Part shown: piece after piece, positions 37,430 to 52,139 of the stretch
Layout of the letters: each line of letters opens with the position of its first letter
Position numbering within the stretch: position 1 is the first letter of the stretch
NCBI GenBank assembly: GCA_016748015.1
Contig: JAAOMT010000620.1
Location: 395,391-459,390, forward strand
From: Geosiphon pyriformis uo1
Taxonomy: Eukaryota; Fungi; Glomeromycota
DNA: 64,000 bases
Reading direction: 5' to 3'
Made by a program: the position numbers and the translations under genes
Notes under the pieces: generated by a model
Database searches by the model: none
Told to the model about the DNA's origin: nothing
Seen by the model: the letters and a program-made list of their open reading frames with translations, nothing else

Positions 37430-38264
37430 TTGGTAATATTACTATTTTGTTATATATTAGTTCAAATAATATGATTTAAATAGTATCTTGCTTTATTGTT
37501 TAATAATCAAATAATATTAATAATATAAATATGTCTTATTTTTCTTGGTTTTTTTAACTAATTTTAGTTAATATTTTATATAATATTCTATAGAATTTTT
37601 TAATTAAGCTATTTGTTTATAAATAATATAGTAATAACAATAGTTTTTTGACTTTAAATCTTTGGCTTAATTTTATTAATATTCTGTTTACAAAATAGAT
37701 TTTTTAATTAAATAATAATTTTTTTAAATATTTATATTAATATATTAACTCTTAATAAATAAATTTAGCTATTAATTTTGCATTAGCTTTTTATATAACT
37801 TTAGTTTCTGACTATTTGGTAAAATAATTTATGACAATAGTAATATATTAGTTATTTTTAGTTATTATTAATAATGGTCTTATTAAGTTAATTTCAATTT
37901 TATCAAATAGTTGTTCAATTTTAATTGATTTTAATAGTTTATTTATTTTTATTTATTTTTTTTTGACAAGTATTACAGTTTTGTATATAATATTTTATAT
38001 TTAAATATATTATTGGCCAATAATATAACTGTTTAATTTTTTTAATGTTAAATTCTAATTAAATTATTTTGTTGTTAGGTCTAAATACATATTAAACAAT
38101 ATTGTTTTTTTTGTTTTTTTACTATTTTTAATAAGCTGTTTGAATTTTGTTAATTCTTTTAATATAATATATTTTAGTAATTAATATAATATTTAACCTG
38201 TTGATAAATTTTATTTTGTTTATTTTAAGATAATTTTTTTTTAAACTGTTTAGTAGTAATATAA

Positions 38265-41200
38265 AACTTCTTTCTCTTCTTTGTCCCAAATTCCTAAAAA
38301 AGAGTCATAATTTGAAAAAAGTTTTTTCTGTTATTTTATACTGTTGTTCAACACTTTACAAGAAACAAATCCTTTTGTTGTTGATCTGGTTGCTCCCATG
38401 AGTGGTACTGGTGCTAAAAAAAAGTCAACCAGAATTCTAACTTCTGGTTTAGTTGGTAGTGGTTCAAGTCATAAAATCAAGAAACCTTCTGGTGGTGCTA
38501 AGCTATCAAGTAATGATGCGACTCTCAAAGATAGTGGGTCTGGTTAAGTAGTTGGGTAGTTTAATAGCATGGACACTAATGGAGAGGCTTCTGATGGTGA
38601 AAGAGTATCTGATTCCAAGATGAATACACCTCAAGCCAAGCATTTCAATAATGGTGTGATTATTGGCTCCCCTTTTGGCTCTATTAATTATGACATGGAG
38701 GAGGAAAAAGAGGTTTCTTTTCCTTTCTGTAAGTCTTTCTCTTTGGATAAGGTGTGGATCAATCCCAAAATCATTAAAATTCAGGTGGAAGTAGCTGTGA
38801 AAAAATCTTTCACTTTAGACATTGATTTTTCGGTTGTAGAAAAGAAATTGGCAACAGCCAAAACTCAGGTCATAAGAAAATTATTTTCAGGAATCAATGG
38901 TTTTGAGGGGGCCACTACCCCCTCAAAATTTGAAGGGATCATCAGATCAACATTTACTTTGTCAGAAAGCATGGAAAAGACCGTGTCATTGGCCAGAGAA
39001 AATAACATTATAGTGAACAGCGATTTTAAGAGACAAGGAATTTGCTCAGATCAGGACATAGTCATCAAGGAAATTCCCATAGATATGCCAAAAAAAATGA
39101 TCATCACTGCAGTATCTGAGTTTGGACAAATTAAGTCAATCAAAATTCAACTTATTGGTTTATAGTAGAAGACTATGGTAAAATTTGCCAAATTAGAACA
39201 GGCTGTGTCTTTGGCTGCTAAGTAGTTTTTTCTAATTGGTAAGAACTCGGTTCGTGTGGCTATGGCAGTAGGTAATCGTAAAACTTGGGCATCTAGGAAT
39301 CAGTTCAGGGCATTTTTGTTTACTTTGCCAGTGAGGATGACTGTCCATAATCTCAGTGATCTATTAGATGGGGCTGGTGGTAAAACTTACATAATCAACT
39401 ATTCTTTGGAAACTGGAAATAGATTTTGCTGTGTTGTGGTTGGCTTTGTATCTGACAAATCATTGGAGTCTGCTTTTCACACAGAACCAATTCTTGGTGG
39501 TGTAAGGCTTTCTTGGGCTAGATTGGATCTGGTTCGGTGTGAGCGGTGTGGGAAATTTGGCCACTCTGCTTTGGAGTGTAATGCTGAGGTCACTTCTACT
39601 TTTGTGTCCTCTAAGTCTTTTAAAAGAGTTGTCTCTAATGAAAACCGCCTCTAGTTAGCCCATTTGTATGTAAAAAAAAGTGTGCCTATTTCTCGTTCAG
39701 TTGCTTTTGGTGGCAAATTATAGGCCCAAGTAGTCTCTTTTACACTCTCATCTAATAATCTTCACTTTGGTTTTGATCTTGGTTTTGACTTCTTCTCTTC
39801 TGGTGCTTCAAGTGTGATTGGTTCCTCCTCTCATATGGTTTCTGCTAGTATATCTTTAGAGGCTCATCTTGCTTCTTTGGAGCATTTTGTGGAGCTTCTT
39901 GTGGATAAAGTGTCTGATATTGTAAGCAAACTTGAAAATTTGGTCTTGGTGCCCCCAGCTCTTACCTTCTCTTTTCAGAATATGGTGGTCCCAGTTGTGG
40001 CAAATATGGAGATTAATTCGGACATAACTCTGGATGATCCTAAGCTAATACTTCTTCTCTCCTCTTTGGTTTCCTCTAGTACTTCAGAATTAGGTTCAAG
40101 TAGTTCAAAAATTTTGACCTCAAAAGTGGGCTGTTTGGAGTCAAAATTGATGGCCCTCGAGGCTTCGGTTTGTTCAGTTTTGGAGAAATTAGATCAAATG
40201 TGTACTGGCTTGGATTCTGCAGTTTTTTTTTATCTCAATTAGTAGTTTTGTGTGGAAGATTGCTACATGCAACATTAAAGAGATGAACAATCCTGCTAAG
40301 CAAGCTGATGTCATTTGTTGGCATAAAGAAATGGACAATATGATCTCAATAATTACTGAAACAAAATTAAAGGGTAGAATTTGTCCTTGAATTGCTGATA
40401 AATTTCCTGAAGTACATGTATTCATCTTTGGTCTGAATTCTGATTATTTAGGTTTTGGTGTGGCAATAGTTATGAATGTTGCTTTAGTAAAACATGTATG
40501 CAAGATCTCTGAGGTACCCAGTCATCTTCTTTCTGTTAGACTGCTTTTTAAAAATAAACCCTCGGTTTCTGTTTTGAGTCTGTATGCTGGTGCTTTACTG
40601 TTAACATGCTTTTCACAAGCAAGTGATGTGAACGCCTTGATTTCTAAGACTGTGAACGAATCTTCTTTTGTGATTTTGGGTGGTGATTTTAATGAGAATG
40701 ACTCTCGCAAGAGTGCTAGCTTCAAGAAGTGTGGTAGCTTGGGCTTGGTCAACTCTCTCATTGATAATAATTTTCTAAGGGCTTCAACATGGAGCAATTC
40801 TAGAGGTGTGGCAAAGACAATAGATTATTTATTTGTTTCTTCCAATTTGGTTAATACAATAGTGGATCGTGGTATTTTAGATGTTAGTGAATTCTTTGAT
40901 ACTGATCACCAATCTATTTCTGTATCGGTCAGTTTGGGTGGTTTGCTGGACACACATCTATGTTCACTTTGTAAACAGGCCAACAAGGACTGTTGAAAGT
41001 ATAACTTCAAAAATGCTGACAATGCTTTATAGTTAAAATTCAAGGAGGTGATGATAATGAATGCTGCTATGTTTTCTGATAATTTCGTGGCTGCCAATAA
41101 GCTTTCGGATTTGGATGCCATGTGAGATGTTATTTGTAAGATAATGTGCTTTTCAGCAGATGAAGTTTTCAAAAAAAAATGGTTTAAAAAATATGATGGA

Positions 41201-44200
41201 GTTTTCACCAAGAGTTTGTCCAAGTTCCACAAGCTGGAACTTCTGGTATCTAAATTGGTTAGGGCCTTCCATTCGGTTAATAATGACAATTTTGTCTCAT
41301 TGCTCAATACTTGGGAGTCACTTGATTCTGACAATGCAGTCGTGATTAGGTCTCTCTTTCTCTCTGGTTCATCTTTTAATAACATTCATTCAGCTCTGTC
41401 CAAAGTCAGAAAATCTTATTGTGCTTCAAAGTTGTCAGAATCTAAATGAGCCGAGGAATCACAAATCAGATCTGCTATTGAGAAGAAGATGGAGAGCTTT
41501 GTGTCTAACAAGGGTCACACTATCAGAAGTGTTTTGAAAAGATCTTTTCACAAGGTGGTCTTGGATTATTTGGTCATAGGTAATGAGCTAATTTTGGAAC
41601 CAGACCCTGTCAAATCTAAAGTGAATGAGATTATGGAAGGTTGGACTCAAAAACGTGGTATAGTTTTTGATATCCCGGAAGACTAGTCTTGTTAATATTA
41701 GCCTTTGGACCATGTTTTTGATGGTGCTTTTTTTGATGTCATGAGCTGTATGAGTTTTGATGAGCTGTTTGGTGTGATCTCAAACCTGCCTAATGGCAAA
41801 GCTGCTGGTTTGTCAGGCATTTCCAATGAATTTTGGAAGCATTATGACATTTTGGTTCTTGGTATGCTCTTAGTGCTCATTAACTCTTGTCTTTCTGGTA
41901 AATCTGTGTCTGAAGTCTGGAAGGAGGCTTGAGTTTCGATGATTCTCAAACCTTATGATTGGAAAGGCATACTCACGAACACTTGTCTTATTGCTTTAAT
42001 TAAAATGGCTTGGAAAATTCTGTCCAAAATTCTCTCCAATAAGATTTCTTTGGCTTGTAGCAAGTTTGATGTTCTTCATGAAGACAATTTTTCAGTGCTC
42101 AAAGGCACTACGACTCAGTTTCTCATTTTTGCAATTGGTTCAGTGGTTAAGGATGCTCTTGAGAAGAACTGGAAGCTCTGGCTGGTTTTGCAAGACATGC
42201 GAAAGACATATGACTTAGTTGGTTGAGATCATCTTAAGAAGAGTTTAATTAGAATCAAAATGTGTAACAAGTTTATTTGGTTTTTTGGGGGTATTCATGG
42301 CAGTTGTACCAACCGAGTAATGACTGATTTTGAGTTGACAGATGGTTATTGTGTACATGATGGCTTGGACCAGGGAGAGGTGTTTTTACCTCTTCTTTGG
42401 GATATATTTTATGATCCTCTTTTGTGTAAAGTCAAGAGACAGGAAAGTGTGTGTGATTACAGGCTGAATTCTCATTTTGTTGCTAAGACAGGCCGTGTGG
42501 AGTCTCAAGCTGGGTCAACATCTTTTTTTGCTGCTGGTGCTTTCGTGGATAATATGATCTGGATTGGTAGCAGTCAGGTTGCGACACAATACATTCTTAA
42601 TATTGCCAGCGAGTTTTTTCGGATCAATGACATTTCTATCAACAATGATAAGACAGTGGCCATTCCCATCAACTGCAAAGTTGCAAATCCTTCTTTATTG
42701 ATCAGTGATGCTCCTATTTTGGTGGCCAAAAAAGGGAAATCTCATTGTTACTTGGGCATTTTTCTCTCAACTGAGGGCTTGTCACGACCCAATTTGGCCA
42801 AAGCTTATTTAGATGTCTAATTTTTTGCCAATCTTGTGCTGAGGAAAGCTATCTCTGACAAACAGTTTTCATATCTGGTTTCAGTGGTTTTTCATCCTAT
42901 TATCAGTTATAGAACTCAATTTAGCTTTGTCCCTCTTAGTGTTTATAGTAAATAAGATGCCTTGATTTGCAAAGGCCTCAAATTCAAAGCTGGACTGCCC
43001 CGGAATTTCCCTAATGATGCATTTCATCACCTATCTCTTTATGGTTTAAAAACTTTTGAGCAAATTCAAGCTGAATACAAGTCGGCTTCTGTGATGTGTT
43101 TTGCCAATTCTGGTGGAATTTTGGGGTGTCTGTTTCTTCATAGGGCTCATAATTTACAGGTTTTAAGCTAGCACTCTATTTATCCTTTGGTATTCCCGGC
43201 TCGTCTGAAAATTAGTCTTACAAACAATTTTTTAGCAGGTGTCATTCATATATTTAGAGATTGCAGTTTATCTTTAAGCGATGCTGGACCCAGTGCATTC
43301 TGGTTTTATAATGGTACTCTCATGTCTTTGGTGCTTGGTGAGTCAAATTTCTCCAAATGTCTCCCTTCACTTCAACAGTATGGTATTGCCTTTGTGGAAC
43401 AATTATGTGGCTGTGAAAGTAGTGTTCTTGAGTGGGTGATCTTTAAGTGTTGGAAAAAACTGGATCCACGTGGCCCCATTCCTGAGTGGTTCGTCTTGTC
43501 TATTAAATTTCTGGATAATACAGTAGCTTCTTCTGTGTGAAATCCATCATTGGGTGATGCTGATGCCTCTAGTGTTTTGAATTCCATTGAGTTTGGTTTG
43601 GTTTGTGATCACTTATCTGGTCTGGGTGCTGGCTGCATCTCAGTGTACACAGACAGTTCTTTGTCTGGCTTGGGGTCTGTTAACATGAGGTCTGGTGCGG
43701 CGGTTTTCTTTGATGACATTAACATGGGTATGGGAGTCAAGGTTTTAAGTTTGATGTTATCTACACTAGCAGAATTGCAGGTGATAGCACTTGTCCTTGA
43801 GTGCATTCCAGTGTCTAGTAGTGTTAATTTGTTTTCGGACAGTCAGGTGGCATTGAATGCTTGTAGATCTGAATTAAGTGTGTTTCATCCAGATTTCCGC
43901 ACTTGCTATTGAGTGGAGCGCCATTATATTGTAAATCTTGTATGCTCGAAGAGGTTGAAAATCACCTGGCATAAAGTTAAGGACCATTCTGGTAATTTTG
44001 GCAATGACCATGTTGATGAGCTGGCTGGCCATGCTGCTTCCTCTAATTTGATTCTTTCTCTCCAGTTGGATGAAAGATACATCTTGGCTGGTAGTAATAT
44101 TGTTTCAGATAATTCTAAACATTTTGTTTGCAATGTTTTTTATTCTATTTATTGTCTGTGCTGGAAGTATGGTTCAAGCACCAATGTTGTTACTCAAGAT

Positions 44201-45067
44201 TTGTTGGTGGACATTGATTGGTGGAGGTCTGCCTCTGTCTGGTATTCTGATTTGCATATGGCTGCTGGTCCTACTAGTAAACACACTGCTGGCATTTGCA
44301 CATATTTCATGAAAGCTTTACATTACAGACTGCCTGTCGCTGTTCGCAAACACTTTTATGATAGAGGTTACCCAAGTGTGATCTGCTTATTTTGTGGCTG
44401 TGTGGAGGTCTCTGACCATGTTTTTTCCTGTGATGCTGATGCTGCTATTTGTGTTTGTCTTCTGAAAAACTATGCAACAATTTGGGAGAATATTTCCAGC
44501 CTTCATCATTCCATTTCTAGTGTATTACAATTTTTGTTCTCTTGTGTTTTGAACACTTCATTCCGTATTGCCTTGTGCAAAGAATTTGTTTTTAAGAAGT
44601 GGTTTTATGAAGCAGTCTCTATGTTTGGTGATTCTAAGAGTGCTGGTGTGAAGGTTGTGACCTTTGTGTGTGCTCTGTGTCTCACTTTTAGGGATGAGAT
44701 TTGGTCAGTTTATGCTAAGTATTGAGCCTTTATAGAAAAGCATAATTTGATCCCTCGTGATGGTTCTTTGCCTGATTCTAAATCTGGCCTATCTTTTGTT
44801 TACTCTGCTGGGGTTATCAGATTGCTGAGTATTGATGTAGCCTTAGGTATTAGTTTTGGTTTTCGTAGGTTCAGTTTGTTTATTTCTAATGCTTTTGATG
44901 CAGTTTCTGTTAGTATAAGTGCTTAATGTTGTCTTAATTGGCCTGAGTGGCTGGTCACGTGTAGAAAAATGCATAATTCACACCTAATTTAGATCAATTA
45001 TTTGATGTATTTTATTAGGTAGCATTTGGACTTTACTTAATAAATGTGTTAAAAAAAATAAAAAAAA
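38265..45067 (+). mobile_element. Full-length LINE copy C with poly(A) tail and 14-bp TSD; ORF1 ~38398-40241, ORF2 ~40238-44926 (APE-RT-RNase H-CCHC), pseudogenised
   Basis: TSD TAGTAGTAATATAA at 38251-38264 and 45068-45081; A-tail 45051-45067. Motifs CERCGKFGHSALEC, GGDFNE, TDH, GLDQGE..PLLW.IFYDPLL, AFVDN, VYTDSSL, WHKVKDHSG..GNDHVD and CLFCGCVEVSDHVFSC. Confidence 0.96.
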
Positions 45068-48000
45068 TAGTAGTAATATAATAAGCTAATTATTAATAAT
45101 TTTTATTGTTTATTTTGTTGTTTTTGTTGTTGTTTTTATTTTTTTAGTTGTTTTATTTATAATAAACTATTAGTATTTCTATTTTTTTTTCTTATTTATA
45201 ATGTATTTTATATTTAAACAATAAAAAAACAGTTTTCTATTTAGAAGTTTTATTATTAGCTAGTTTTTTTTGGCTAGTAACGTTAATTTTTTATAATTAG
45301 TATAGATATTAAATTCTTAATATAAATATTTTTTCTATTTAATTATGGTTTAATAAATTATTAAGTATTTTAATATTAGAATTTTATAATTTTTTTTATT
45401 AAACTTAAATTTTTATTAACATATATTATTGAATGTTTTTTATTATTATTCTTTGTAATAATACTGCTTTTAATGTTAATTTAGAAGCATTAATAACAAT
45501 TATAAATCTCTTATTATAATTTGAATATATTAAAACTAAGACTTATATAAGTTTTATTGTTGTATATTTATCCACTTATATTACATATCTTTGACTTAAA
45601 GTTGGTGTAATTTCTAAGAAGTTTTGTATAAATTGTTAATAGTATTTAGCTAATTTTAAAAAGTTTTTAAGTTTTATTAAATTCTTTAATATTGAAAAGT
45701 TTTTTATTTTTTTAATTTTATTCAGATCTATTTTGATGTCTTCTTTTTTAATTATATATTTCAAGAATTTAAGTTCTGTTTTTTCAAAAAAACATTTGTT
45801 TATATTTAGTTTTAATTCAATATGTCTTAATCTTTTAAATATTTGTTGTAAATAATAAAAATATTTATTAAATGTTTTTGAAAATACATTAATATTATTC
45901 AGATAAACAACTACTAATTTTAATAGTATACTAAAATAAACAATTTTCATTAGTTATTAAAATATAGCAGATATATTAGTAAGTTAAATAATATTACTTC
46001 GAATTAAAAATTTTTTTCTTTTATTGTAAATGTTATTTTTTTTTTTTTGAATTTATGGCTACTTATCAACAACTATTGTCTAAATTCAATATAAAAAATT
46101 ATTTCTTTTTTCTAAATAAGTTAAACAATTCCTGGATTTATGAAATTAGATAACTATTACTATATATAATACTGTTGAGCTTTTAATAATCTACATAAAA
46201 CCAAATTTTGCTATTTTTTTGGTATTAATACTATTGGTAATAATTATAAATTAATAAACAGTTAGATTAATCTTCTGTTTAATATTTAATTAATCTTTTT
46301 TCTAATAATATTATGACTAGTTAATAATATTTTGTATGTTTTTTATTTAATTAGTATTTACTTACAAAGATATTAATATATTGTTTAATCAATAACTAAA
46401 GTTATATTCTTTGTAATTAATTCAGATTTTTTAAGTTTATTTGTTTTAATTATTTTGGTTAAAGCAAATAATATTTATTTTTTTGGGTTCAAATTTATAA
46501 TATAAAGTTTACATATCTGTATAGTTAATTAAAATCTAATATATTGGTTGGCAATTGGTTTTTAATTTCTGAACTTAAATATTTAATAATAATATTTGCT
46601 AGTATTTTTATATAGTTTTTAATATTGTTAAAAATTGAAATTTTTATATTTTTATAATTCTTTGCTAATAAGTATAAGTTAATAATAATAATAGTTTTAT
46701 TTTGATATTTTTTAGATTCTGCTTTAAAAATTTATAGCTGATTTTTAATTTTTTAAAGTATTTTCAATAAATATTTATAATATGACAAAATAGAAACATT
46801 GTAATTTGTAAAAATAATTTTTTCTAATCTGTAGTTTTTTTGTTATGTTAACAAGTATATTAATTATTTTTATTAATCTAAATCTTTTAATATCTTTAAT
46901 AATTATTTCTAATTTTTTTTTGTTCTTATTAATATTAATTTTACTATTTTAATTAAAAACAAAAATATAGTCTGTATTATTTTTTTTTGGTTTTATTTTA
47001 TAAGTTTTGTCTGAATTATTTTGTAATATAATAATAATAGTTTTTATATATTTTATATTAATTATTTTTTTTTGCCTTAATTTTTTTTTAGCTAAACTAA
47101 ATTTTAATGTTAATTAAATTATAATAGTTGTCAAGATTCTTAATGTTAATTTTAAATCTATATTAGTAAATAAATAAAGTTCTAAATTATAAAAACTTGT
47201 CTTAAATATCTAAGGTCAAATTTAGTATTTATTTTATATGTTCTTTTAAACATAATATTTTTATTGTTTTTATTAAATTATTTCAGTTTTTGTTTCTTTA
47301 ATAAATTAAAAAACATAATATATTGTTTAGTTTTAGAAATAGTATTTGAATTTATATTAAATTTAAAAGTGGTGTTTGAATTAAAATTAAGCTCTAATTT
47401 TAATTTACTAATTTTATGAATTGGCTTATTAATTTTTAAGATAAAATAAATAATACATAATAATAGATTATAAACAAAATTACATTTATTACAATATTTG
47501 AATTGGTTATTAAAATTAACAAGTTGTTGTTTTTGCTCTTTTTGAGTAAGTACTAATAACTAGTAATACTTATTAAATTCTATTAAATTGTTAAGTATTA
47601 TAAAAGATAAATCTTAAACCAATTTTTTTTTCTTAATATTTTTGATTATATGAATTTTTTTGAATAATATTATTATATTTGACAGTTATTATTCTTCATA
47701 TTTTGTTTTGTTATATAAACAACTGTTTAATTGATTAAAAACATAATTATAAATGGGTTATAATAGTGTTTTTTTTATATTCAGTTATAAATAAAAATTG
47801 TGTATTAACATAATTTATTATATAGTCTTTTTTTTAAGATATTATTTTATATTTTTTATTTAAAAAAGTTTTTTTGTATGTTATTGTCTTATTTTTTTTG
47901 TTTTTTAGATAGTTAAATTATTTAAAAATGTTTAAATAATATTATTGAAATTTTTTTTACTTTTTTTAATATTATTAATGCTATTTTATTATTAATTCTG

Positions 48001-51000
48001 TTGTTAATAAAAATTAATAAACTTCCAATAATTTAGTTTTTTTTTTAAAGTATTTTTTTATATTAATGATAAAATAACCAATTTCATGTCAATTATTTAT
48101 ATAGTTATTTTGTGGTAAAAGTTAATTTTTTTACCAAAAAAATTTATTTGTAAGTTTTTTAAAATATATGTAGTTATTTTACTATAAAAATTAACTTTTT
48201 TACAGGAACTCTTAACTGTAAACTATTTAATATTATAAAATAAAAATAAAAAAATGTGTTTTTAAGAAAATTATTTTAAATTTAGGCCTAAAAATTACTA
48301 ATAGTTACTAAAATTAATAGCTAATTAATTTCAAAATTTTAGTATAAAATAATTATTTTTAAAGCAAAATAATTAAAAAATTTATGTTTTTTAAGTAAGT
48401 TTTATTTAAGTTGATTTGTAAAAATAATATTTACTAAAAAATATTAAAAAAGATATTAGTTCTAATTAAGATATCTAATAAAAGTTTAATTCTAAATAAA
48501 TTATATTTTTTCAAAAAAAGCTCTTCTTTGATATAACTTATTATAGTATTATTCTATAATTTAACACTTTTTTTTTCTAATATTTTGGTAAATTAAAAAT
48601 ATATTTTGTTAAACTACAAATTGTTTTTGTAAACTATTAATTATTTTAATGAATTGTTAAATATTTTATCAAATTATTCAATATTTTGGCAAATTTTGAA
48701 TGTTATATAGTTTAAAATATTATATAATTTAATTATTACAACTTAAGTATATTTGTGTTCTGTATAAATTAAGTTATTAATTAATTAATAATTCAGATAA
48801 TTTGTTTTGTTTTTGTGAAATTATTTTTAAATTATAAGGGAATAACTAGTAAAATTAAATTAAGTGTTCAAGTTGGAAGGTTGTTCAATGACAACTATTG
48901 GCTCTAAGTTTTGGGGAATATCTTTGGGATTGACTAAAAGGGAATGTGTACCAATTTGTGGAATTAATGGTTCAGGATTGTTTCTGGAATAATAGTGTTT
49001 TAATCAATCTCCATGTGCAACTTTTGCTAAAATTTTGTCATCAAGTCTTAACTTGTATGATCCATTGCCTAGTATTTTATGAATAAAGAATGGTCTATCC
49101 CATTTATTTTCAAATTTTCTACTCCATTGTTTTTCAGCTTTAGTTCTGTGCAGGAGAACTTTGTTTCCAACTTTAAAATCATTGGTAACTAGAGGCAATT
49201 TGTTGTCATGCCATTTTTTTTGTTGAGTTTGGGAGTATTCAATATGAGTGGCTGCTGTTTGTTGTTTTCCTTTTAACGTGTTGATAAGTGTGTAGGCTCT
49301 TCGTTGAAGTGTTTCCTGAAAATTGTTTTCATCAATTGGTTGTGCTGGGTATGTTTCTACTGTGAAACTAATTGGTAACGTTGCTGTCCTTCCATAAGTT
49401 AAATCAAATGATGTGTGTTTTGTGGTATCTTGTTTTAGTGTTTTGTATGCTAGTAACATTGATGGAATAAAAATATCCCATTCTTGCTCAAAATCAGTTG
49501 AAACTTTGGCTAATGACTCATACAATGTTTTGCTAAAATGTTCCACAAGTCTGTTTGTTTGTGGATGGTAGGGCAAAGACAAAGGTCTTTTGACATTGAA
49601 TTGTTCACAAATTTTTTGTATCAAGTTGTTCACAAAATGTGTCTCTTAATCGGATAAAAGTTCAATTGGACATCCATGTCTACAAATAATGTCTTCATAG
49701 ATGAAATTTGCTATTGATTTTACATCTGCTCGTTAAATGGCTCTGGCTTTGGGCTATTTAGTAAGATAGTCTACTGCTACTGCAATATAACGGTTTTTTT
49801 GAGTGGTAATAGATAGTGGTCCGACTAAATTGATACCAACTCGGTCAAAGGGTTGTTCAACTTTGATTAGATTTAATGGTTTAGTAGGGTGTGTTCTTTT
49901 TCTTCTTTGACAACTATCACAAGATTCGACATATTCATAAATGTCTTTTCTTATTCAAAGCCAAAAGTAGTATTCTAGTGTTTTTTGGGTGGTGCTGTCT
50001 TTTCCAAAGTGTGCTAATGAAAGATCTGAGTGCATGTTGTATAATATAGTCTCTTTTTCCTGTTCTTGTATTAATCTGAGTGGTTTGTTTGAGTTTTTGA
50101 AATTTCAATGATAAATAATGTTGTTGTGTAGAAAATATTGTTTGGCTTGTTGTTGTAGTTGATGTTTTTTATCTGGAGACCAATCTGTTGAGATTGTTAA
50201 TGTTTCCAAATATTGTTTGAGATTGTTGTAGTTTTCCAAATTCATTGTTTGTTGGCTGTTTTGGTTGGTTAAGTTGAGTATTGGTTTTTGTGTTTTCTAA
50301 TCTTGTCTCATTCTGGAAAGACAGTCAACATTGGTGTGGAGTTTTCCTGGTTTGTGATGTACTATGTATCAATAGTTTGCTAAAAATTCTGTCCATTGGA
50401 TTTATTTTGCATTCAGCTGAGTATTTTTATTCTGAAGCCATTTGAGTCCAATATTATCAGTGATAATATCGAATTTTTTAGACCTAAGATAAAGGTTGAA
50501 GTGGTATAGGGCCCAGATTATGGCTGCTGTTTCTAATTCTGTGGCAGAGTAGTTTTTCTCAGCTGGTTTTAATGTTCTACTAGCATAAGCAATTACTCGC
50601 TCATTTCCGTTGTCATCTAATTGTGATAAGATGGCACCAAAGGCAGTATAAGAGGCATCTGTTGTTAATCGAAATCAGTTGCTGAAATCTGGGTAGGCAA
50701 GAATTGGAGCTGTCGTTAGTTTTTCTTTGAGAATTTCAAATGCATTTTGGCATTCAGCAGTCCATTTGTATTCGACGTTTTTGGTGGTAAGCTGGTTGAG
50801 AGATTTTGCGATTTCTGAGAATTTTTTAATAAACTTCCGATAGTAGGAGGCTAACCCTATGAATCCTCTTAGTTCTGTAGTGTTTCGAGAAGTTTTGAAG
50901 TTTTTGACAGCGCTGATTTTTCCAGGATCTGGTTTGATTCTATCTTTATTAACGATATGACTAAGGAAGGCCAAGCTTGTTTTTCTAAAGTAGCATTTTT

Positions 51001-52139
51001 CGATGTTGAGTTTTAGTCCTGCTTTTTGTAATCATTAAAAAACTTCTTGCAGGTGTTTTAAGTGTAATTCAAACAATAGAGAATAAACATCAGTATTGTC
51101 AAGATAAACAACTACTGATTTCCAAAGAAGCTCTTGATACATAACATTCATTAATCTCTGAAACATTGCTGGTGCATTGCATAATCCGAAGGGCATTACA
51201 TTAAACTCATAATTTCTGCTTTGGGTGGTGAATGTTGCTTTGGGGTGATCTTTGGGATCCATAGCAACTTGCCAGTAACCACTTTCTAAATCTAGTGTTG
51301 AAAAGTATTTGGATTTTCCAAGGGCATCTAACATGTCATTAATTTGGGGAAGGGGGTAAGCATCTTCAATTGTAACATTGTTGAGTTGTCTATAGTCAAC
51401 ACAAAATCGTATCTTTCCATTTTTCTTTTTAATTAGCACTACAAGTAAAGTTCAAGAACTTATAGAGGGTTGGATGAGCTCATTGTTAAGCATTTGTTGT
51501 ACTTCTTTTTGGATGAATTGGTGGCTTTTTGGAGCAACTCAATATGCTTGTTGTTTTCTTGGTTTGGCATCTCCTGTATAAATTTGGTGTTGGACCAAAT
51601 TGGTTTTTCCTAAGTCATTGTTGTTTTTGGCAAAGATATTAGCAAATTCTGCAATTAGCTTTTTGAGCTGGTTTTGTTGTTGTGGTTCAAGTTGTCCCAT
51701 GTTGATTCGAGATAGTTTTTCCATAACAACATGGTAGTTTTCAGAGCTAGGGTTTAGGTTGATTTCTGGTAGTGAATGTCCAATGATTTCCGAAAAATTG
51801 GGAACTGTCTGGAGTAGTTCTTGTTGAAAGATGTTACTGTGAATGACTCTAATTTCTAAGTTATTTAATAGAACTATGGGGTAATTGTTAGGATTGTAAA
51901 AAGTAACTCGGACTTTTTTTGTTCCTTCTGGAATATAAATGTTTGGGATCAAAATATTATGTTCCAAGCAGACTTGTTTATTGGACTCAAAAATTTGTTG
52001 TGTGGTTGTTGGCTTTGGGCAGATGTAGATTTCTGGATGTTCTCCAAAGGGTGAGATGGTAATTGGTTGTGGAAGTCTGAGAATCTGGTGGGATTCGTTC
52101 TGTGTGTTAAGAGCTATATTAACTGGAACTGTGAATTGT

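Larger units (their letters stand above)
33540..48836 (-). mobile_element. Old, decayed Ty3/gypsy element (5' LTR ~48233-48836, leader, Cys-rich region, dUTPase ~46900-47290, RT, RNase H, integrase; gag/protease apparently deleted), split by a LINE and a hAT
   Basis: RT relic VVYLNNINVFS (45636-45950); FDLRY at ~47206-47220. Integrase pieces 37438-38250 and 33540-33989 align with 49.0-49.9 kb of the younger copy and rejoin across the hAT TSD. May extend left to ~32200. Confidence 0.8.
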
